This document shows, in pieces, positions 58,783 to 64,000 of a stretch of DNA of 64,000 nt. Location: IMG/VR virus record IMGVR_UViG_3300028886_002149; one strand, 5' to 3'. The stretch is from an uncultured virus (IMG/VR IMGVR_UViG_3300028886_002149). Lineage: Duplodnaviria > Heunggongvirae > Uroviricota > Caudoviricetes. The position numbers and the translations under genes are program-made. Within the stretch, counting starts at the first letter, position 1. Each line of letters opens with the position of its first letter. The notes under the pieces were generated by a model. That model was not told the origin of the DNA, did no database searches, and saw nothing but the letters and a program-made list of their open reading frames with translations.

Positions 58783-60012
58783 ATGGCACAAAGCAGAAAG
58801 GACTCCCGTGGCTATGCGCTCAGGACGGGAGAGAGCCAAAGAGCAGACGGAAGATATTCATACTCTTATACGGATCACAATAGTAAGAGGCACACCGTCT
58901 ATGGCAAGGATCTGGTCGAACTGAGGAAGAAGGAGCAGAAGATCAGACGCGATCTGGAGGATGGACTGGATCCCCAGAGAGCAGAGCGTATTACAGTCAA
59001 CGATGTATTTGATTCGTACATCAAACAGAAATACGACCTGAAACCGACGACCAGGGTGAATTACATTTACACCTATGATCACTTCGTCAGGGAGACCTTC
59101 GGAAGAAGGAAGCTGTCAAAGGTTCGTTATACGGATGTGAAGGAGTTTTACTATTCACTTATCGTTGAGCAGGGTTTATCGCCCGCCACAGTTGATAACG
59201 TACATACGCAGCTTCATCCGGCATTTACGATGGCAGTACGTAACGGACTCATTCGTACCAATCCGGCATCCGGAGTCCTCGGTGAGATCAAGAAGAGTCA
59301 TGTGTGGGTAAAGACCAAGCGTAAAGCGTTGACGGTACCGGAGCAGAAGGCATTCATGAATTATCTGTATGCCAATCATCAGTACCAGGGGTGGAAGCCT
59401 ATCATCACAGTCTTGATCGGAAGCGGAATGAGAATCGGTGAATGCCTGGGCCTGAGATGGCAGGACCTTGACTTTGAGAATCGTATCATTGACATCAATC
59501 ACAATCTGGTGCACCGTAGAGTAGATGAGGAAGGTGGATGCCTTCATATCAATACTCCAAAGACGGAGGCCGGTTGTCGTAAGATTCCGATGATCAGTGA
59601 GGTATACGAGGCATTTCTCGAAGAATATCAGCTCCAGCAGATTACGGGGTTTTGCACACAGGAGATCGATGGATATTCAGGATTCGTATTTACAAGCTCG
59701 GGAGGAACGGTTACGATACCTTCTGAAGTGAATCGTGCGATTCATAACATCACGGCAGAGTATAACGAAGAAGAAACTGCCAGAGCGAAGAAAGAAAAGA
59801 GAGAGCCTTTTCTCCTTCCGGACTTCTCCGCTCACCATCTCAGACATACTTTCTGTACCAGGCTTTGTGAGAACGAAACGAACCTCAAAGTCATTCAGAC
59901 GGTGATGGGACACAAAGACATCCAGACGACGATGGATATCTACGCAGACTGCACCGAGGAGAAGAAGCAGGAAGTGATCAAGAAGATGGAAGATAAGATT
60001 TTTGTGATTTAA
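58783..60012 (+). CDS. int: Tyrosine integrase (Tn916-like N-terminal arm-binding domain)
   Basis: GESQRADGRY; GMRIGE, TPKT, HHLRH, MGH, DIY catalytic set. Confidence 0.95.
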   Translation: MAQSRKDSRGYALRTGESQRADGRYSYSYTDHNSKRHTVYGKDLVELRKKEQKIRRDLEDGLDPQRAERITVNDVFDSYIKQKYDLKPTTRVNYIYTYDHFVRETFGRRKLSKVRYTDVKEFYYSLIVEQGLSPATVDNVHTQLHPAFTMAVRNGLIRTNPASGVLGEIKKSHVWVKTKRKALTVPEQKAFMNYLYANHQYQGWKPIITVLIGSGMRIGECLGLRWQDLDFENRIIDINHNLVHRRVDEEGGCLHINTPKTEAGCRKIPMISEVYEAFLEEYQLQQITGFCTQEIDGYSGFVFTSSGGTVTIPSEVNRAIHNITAEYNEEETARAKKEKREPFLLPDFSAHHLRHTFCTRLCENETNLKVIQTVMGHKDIQTTMDIYADCTEEKKQEVIKKMEDKIFVI

Positions 60013-60239
60013 AAGTGCCTGTTAAAGCAGTGCCTTTTCTCACAAATTAAACTTTACGTCTTAATCCACCGACTGACCGAAAAATGAAAAGTGATGCATC
60101 CAGTACCACACGCTAAGACATTATCACGGAACAGGACGGCAATCCTCGAAGACGCCGAAAAGCATTTGGACGGAGCTAAGGGGATAAAGACGGAATAGGA
60201 CGTAAGAACTGACCAATCCAATCCCGACGTTGAAGTCAC

Positions 60240-60610
60240 TCGGCTGAAAAAGTCAGTATTATCAAGGGTTTGAGGGGTGTAGGAACAGGGTGGTACGACA
60301 AAAATACAACAAATAATCCACTCAGATGACCCGAAATGAGCCAAATACGGCCATTCGGAAACCAAAGAACCAACAGAATAATGTAAGGCTTAAGGGCACT
60401 TTCTAAGAATGAAAATTCGAAGGAAGTGCTCTTTTTTTGTCTCTGTTGTGGTGTTTTGGCGGCTTTCCGGTAGTACGACAATTGAAATCATGTGTCGGAG
60501 GGGAGTTTGGTCAAAATTGGTCAGATTTTGAGGTTGGAAAGGAGGAGAAACCGCGTATGTATGGGACAGCGATAGTGCATGTGTTGTTGCGTCACAACAA
60601 AAATCACATG
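60240..60610. other. Probable attachment-site junction
   Basis: Non-coding region after int with (T/C)AC(G/A)ACA repeats at 60294, 60305, 60474, 60593 and inverted at 60445; core not identified. Confidence 0.4.
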
Positions 60611-60653
60611 AGCCTGCGGAAAAATAAATCGCCATAGGAGGAGAATTATCGCA

Positions 60654-60911
60654 ATGGATTACAGAGAGAGCAGGTTTCCCGAAAACCTCGTAAATGTGAG
60701 AGTGCAGGCCAATACGTCATACCAGATCAAACGGGTGATAGAGCTTGTACAGAGTGAGAAAGGATTAGAGCTGATGAGTTGCTCGAAGATCATGCCGAAC
60801 TCAGGAACCGGTCCAAGGCTCCGACAGTTCGCAACTTTCAAGGATCTGAAATACGAAAAGAAACAGCAGCAGAGAAAAAACAAGCAAAGAAACTTCAGAA
60901 GGAAATTCTGA
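60654..60911 (+). CDS. Hypothetical protein
   Basis: AGGAGG RBS; leads the par operon. Confidence 0.6.
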   Translation: MDYRESRFPENLVNVRVQANTSYQIKRVIELVQSEKGLELMSCSKIMPNSGTGPRLRQFATFKDLKYEKKQQQRKNKQRNFRRKF

Positions 60912-60924
60912 AAAGGAGGCGCTC

Positions 60925-61704
60925 ATGTGTAAAGTGATTGCAATAGCAAATCAGAAAGGTGGGGTCGGAAAGACAACCACCACAGGAAATTTGGGAATCG
61001 GACTTGCAGGAGCAGGCAAGCGTGTACTTTTGATCGACGCAGATGCTCAGGGTTCGCTGACTGCAAGTCTTGGCTATGAGGAGCCGGATGCAATGGAATA
61101 TACCATCGCTACGGTTATGGGAAAGATCATTAACGAAGAAGATGTGAATCCAGAAGAAGGGATCCTGCATCATGCAGAGGGCGTTGATCTGATGCCCAGC
61201 AATATCGAACTATCCGGTTTGGAAGTATCGCTTGTGAATGTTATGAGCAGGGAACTTGTTCTGAAGGAGTTCATCAGCCTGGTCAGTGACAAGTACGATT
61301 ACATCCTGATCGACTGTATGCCATCTCTCGGAATGGTTACGGTAAATGCTCTTGCAGCAGCTGACAGCGTTCTGATACCCGTACAGGCGGCGTATTTGCC
61401 GGCAAAAGGGTTGGAACAGTTGATCAAGACAGTGCGCAAGGTGAGGCGTCAGATCAATCCGAAACTGGATATTGAGGGCATATTACTGACCATGGTGGAT
61501 GGCAGGACGAATTATGCAAAGGAGATCATGCAGCTTCTGGAAGAAGGGTATGGAGGACAGATCCATTTCTTCAAGAATATCATTCCTCTTTCTGTCCGAG
61601 CATCTGAGATATCTGCGATAGGTGTAAGCATCTATGAGCATGACCCGAAGGGAAAGGTTGCAGATGCATATAAGTCTCTGACGAAGGAGGTGCTTGCAGG
61701 ATGA
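60925..61704 (+). CDS. parA: ParA/Soj family ATPase (second copy)
   Basis: [10 protein letters not shown]; closely similar to 354-1136. Confidence 0.95.
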   Translation: MCKVIAIANQKGGVGKTTTTGNLGIGLAGAGKRVLLIDADAQGSLTASLGYEEPDAMEYTIATVMGKIINEEDVNPEEGILHHAEGVDLMPSNIELSGLEVSLVNVMSRELVLKEFISLVSDKYDYILIDCMPSLGMVTVNALAAADSVLIPVQAAYLPAKGLEQLIKTVRKVRRQINPKLDIEGILLTMVDGRTNYAKEIMQLLEEGYGGQIHFFKNIIPLSVRASEISAIGVSIYEHDPKGKVADAYKSLTKEVLAG

Positions 61705-62564
61705 GCAGGAGCATATCAGGAAAGATCAAGATCAACTCCTTCGCAGATATCGTCGGCGGTGATGATACTGCTGTCACGGAAGTGCCTCTGGCAGATCTCC
61801 ACGAATTTAAGAATCATCCCTTTCGCGTGCTTGACGACGAGAAGATGGACGAGACAGTGGAGAGTATTAAAAAGTATGGCGTTCTGATGCCGGGGATTGT
61901 TCGTCCCCTTGCTGAAGGCGGATATGAGATCATCGCCGGCCACAGGCGAAAACGTGCCTGCGAGCTGGCAGGACTTGAAACGATGCCGGTTCTCATTAAA
62001 AACTATTCCGATGAGGAAGCCACCGTAACAATGGTGGATACGAATATCCAGCGTGAAGACATTCTTCCAAGCGAGAAGGCTCACGCTTATCGGATGAAAT
62101 TTGATGTGATGAAGCATCAGGGTTCCGGAGGCGGAAGTACCTTTGAGAGCATCGGAGAGGCCGCAGGAGAAAGTGGAAAGACGGTGCAGAGATATATTCT
62201 TCTGTCACGTCTGACGGATGTTTTGCTCGGCTTTGTGGATGAAAAGAAGCTGCCGATCCGCTCCGGTGTTGAAATATCTTATCTGACCGGAAAAGAGCAG
62301 GGTCTGTTAGAAGATATCATCAATAATACCGGTGTCATTATCTCACCTGCTCAGGCTGAGAAGATCAGAGGATATTCACAGAACAAGGAACTAACCAAGG
62401 CTCTTTTGATAGAGCTGTTGTCGGATGAAAAGCCCAAACCCAGGAAAGTGACTTTTAAGGGCGACAGGCTTTCAAAATACTTCCCCGATGATATGTCGGC
62501 GGAAGAAATAGAAGAAGAGATCATCAGAATTCTTGATGAATGGAAGGATAAAGGAGGTCAGTAA
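61701..62564 (+). CDS. parB: ParB family protein (second copy)
   Basis: HPFRV, IAGHRR, DTNIQRE. Confidence 0.92.
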   Translation: MSRSISGKIKINSFADIVGGDDTAVTEVPLADLHEFKNHPFRVLDDEKMDETVESIKKYGVLMPGIVRPLAEGGYEIIAGHRRKRACELAGLETMPVLIKNYSDEEATVTMVDTNIQREDILPSEKAHAYRMKFDVMKHQGSGGGSTFESIGEAAGESGKTVQRYILLSRLTDVLLGFVDEKKLPIRSGVEISYLTGKEQGLLEDIINNTGVIISPAQAEKIRGYSQNKELTKALLIELLSDEKPKPRKVTFKGDRLSKYFPDDMSAEEIEEEIIRILDEWKDKGGQ

Positions 62565-62566
62565 CC

Positions 62567-63841
62567 ATGGGGATACGTTCCAGCGGTTGTGCTGCCGTAG
62601 ATGCAATGGACAGAATAAGAATAACGGGGAATGTGATTCCTCAAAGCTGGTATGGGGAGATACTGCGCGATAATGGCAAGCCGTATCTGCTCGCTGTCAT
62701 ATTGCTCGCGGATATCGTGTACTGGTATCGCCCTGTTGAGGAAAGGGACGAGTCATCAGGCTTTGTGATCGGTCTGAGAAAGAGATTCAGAGGTGATCTT
62801 CTTCAGAAGACCTATGATGAGTATGCGAAGCTCTACGGCGAATCAAAACGCACGATAAAGGCGGCACTTGACCGTTTGGAAGAACTTGGTCTGATCAGAA
62901 AAATCTTCCGTGATATCAAACTGAAAAACGGAACGAAGATTCCCAATGTCATGTATATTGAGATCTTCCCGGAAAGGATAGAAAAGATTTCTCATTACGA
63001 TATCGACCCTTCAACTTCTGGACCGACGGTCCAGAAGTCGGAGGATGATGAAGCAGATGTCCCTGAAATAGAGGCATATGAGTCCTCCCAAACCGCGTCT
63101 TTTGCGGGTTCTGCAGGGGGTGGTACAAAATTTTGTAGGACCTCCTACGAAAAAATGTATGACCCCCTACAGAATAATGTAACACGTCCTACGGAGGAAT
63201 GTACCCATGTCATACAAAACGATGCAGGATATCCTACGCCGGATGTGGGGACAAATACAGAGAATACTTCAGAGACTATCTCAGAGATCACAACAAAGAA
63301 TACAACACAGATTACACGCAGAGAGAACAGTCCTGTCTTGTCTGCGCAGGATGTGGATAACTTGGACGATGATGAATGGCTGGAGCAGGTGAATTACTCA
63401 AGACCGATAAAGGTCAAAATGGAGCAACCAGAGGACAGACGGACTGACAGGGATATCTATATCGAGTTTTTAAGAGATCAGGTGCAATATGACCGTATTC
63501 ATCAGGAGGATACTTATGGTGACAAGATTAACATCGTTGATGGGATCATAAACATCATAGCGGATATCGCAACTACGGATCCACCGGATGGGTATGAACG
63601 GGTGAACGGAAGGCAGTATCCGCATGAGGTTGTTAAGAGCAGACTCTTGAAAATGGATTACGAGACGATCACTCATGTACTGGAAAGGTTCAAGGAAAAC
63701 AAAACAGAGATCAGAAACATGAGGAGTTATCTTCTGACAGCCCTTTATAATGCCAGGGATGAAAAAGACATCCAGTTCCAGAACTTTTTCAATCACAGCT
63801 ATTACGGCACGGACTGGACAGGGCAGCGAAGGGAGGATTGA
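62567..63841 (+). CDS. Phage/ICE-type replication initiator with DUF6017-like C-terminus
   Basis: GNVIPQSW, LADIVYWYRP wHTH N-terminus; RNMRSYLLTALYNA. Confidence 0.75.
   Translation: MGIRSSGCAAVDAMDRIRITGNVIPQSWYGEILRDNGKPYLLAVILLADIVYWYRPVEERDESSGFVIGLRKRFRGDLLQKTYDEYAKLYGESKRTIKAALDRLEELGLIRKIFRDIKLKNGTKIPNVMYIEIFPERIEKISHYDIDPSTSGPTVQKSEDDEADVPEIEAYESSQTASFAGSAGGGTKFCRTSYEKMYDPLQNNVTRPTEECTHVIQNDAGYPTPDVGTNTENTSETISEITTKNTTQITRRENSPVLSAQDVDNLDDDEWLEQVNYSRPIKVKMEQPEDRRTDRDIYIEFLRDQVQYDRIHQEDTYGDKINIVDGIINIIADIATTDPPDGYERVNGRQYPHEVVKSRLLKMDYETITHVLERFKENKTEIRNMRSYLLTALYNARDEKDIQFQNFFNHSYYGTDWTGQRRED
63124..63316 (+). repeat. Iterons/probable origin inside second rep gene
   Basis: TAC-N7-TG(T/C)A-type units at 63124, 63146, 63168, 63190, 63213 and a degenerate one at 63235, then 12-bp CA(G/A/C)AGA-containing repeats. 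Confidence 0.65.
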
Positions 63842-63845
63842 TCAG

Positions 63846-64000
63846 ATGATATCGTTTGCGGAGAAGTATCCTGAACTCGTTGCGGAATGGGCTGAGGAGA
63901 ACGAGATAAGACCGGAGAACGTCTCATACGGCTCAAACAAAAAGATACTCTGGAACGGTAGATGCGGACATACATGGGAGGCGACGATCAAGAACAGAGG
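63846..64000 (+). CDS. Partial zinc-ribbon (DUF4379-like) protein
   Basis: MISFAEKYPELVAEW..N...PENVSYGSNKKILW...CGHTWEATIKNR; runs off window. Confidence 0.7.
   Translation, partial: MISFAEKYPELVAEWAEENEIRPENVSYGSNKKILWNGRCGHTWEATIKNR

Larger units (their letters stand above)
17631..60012 (+). mobile_element. Tn1549-like integrative conjugative element (backbone, defence cargo and integrase); left boundary not determined, may extend beyond the window start
   Basis: RepA_N, T4SS genes, TopB, MobC/relaxase, excisionase-like gene and tyrosine integrase in canonical order. Confidence 0.85.

Noticed and set aside
60054..60637. Several 66-103 aa ORFs after the integrase
   Set aside because: Overlapping on both strands, no convincing RBS or motifs; region looks like non-coding att DNA

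Overview
The window is entirely mobile-element DNA from a Firmicute (Lachnospiraceae/Clostridia-like gene families; inferred). It has five parts. (1) 1-2040: two excisionase-like genes plus parA-parB. (2) About 2.3-16.9 kb: an AT-richer cargo island encoding DUF1351, a UvrD helicase fused to an Fe-S RecB/Cas4-type nuclease, a Zn-finger DEDDh exonuclease, a HEPN protein, a WYL regulator with two matching candidate operators, two signal-peptide-less BspA-type LRR proteins, and a peptidase-like/vWA + MoxR-type AAA pair. (3) About 17.6-36.5 kb: a Tn1549-like ICE backbone (RepA_N with internal iterons, PcfB, VirD4, Maff2, VirB6, PrgI, VirB4, NlpC/P60, ArdC-like, TopB, MobC, relaxase, probable oriT). 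(4) About 36.7-54.8 kb: a second defence island, a non-canonical DISARM-like locus (giant UvrD-type protein, DrmA, DrmB, NERD-helicase, no DrmC) nested between vsr and a 5mC MTase/HpaII-family endonuclease, followed by a DUF3644 HEPN-like gene. (5) 54.8-64 kb: a regulatory switch, excisionase-like gene and tyrosine integrase, a probable att junction, and the start of a second element (parA-parB-rep with iterons). No rRNA, tRNA, CRISPR array or reverse transcriptase was seen. All family assignments come from motif recognition by eye, not database searches.
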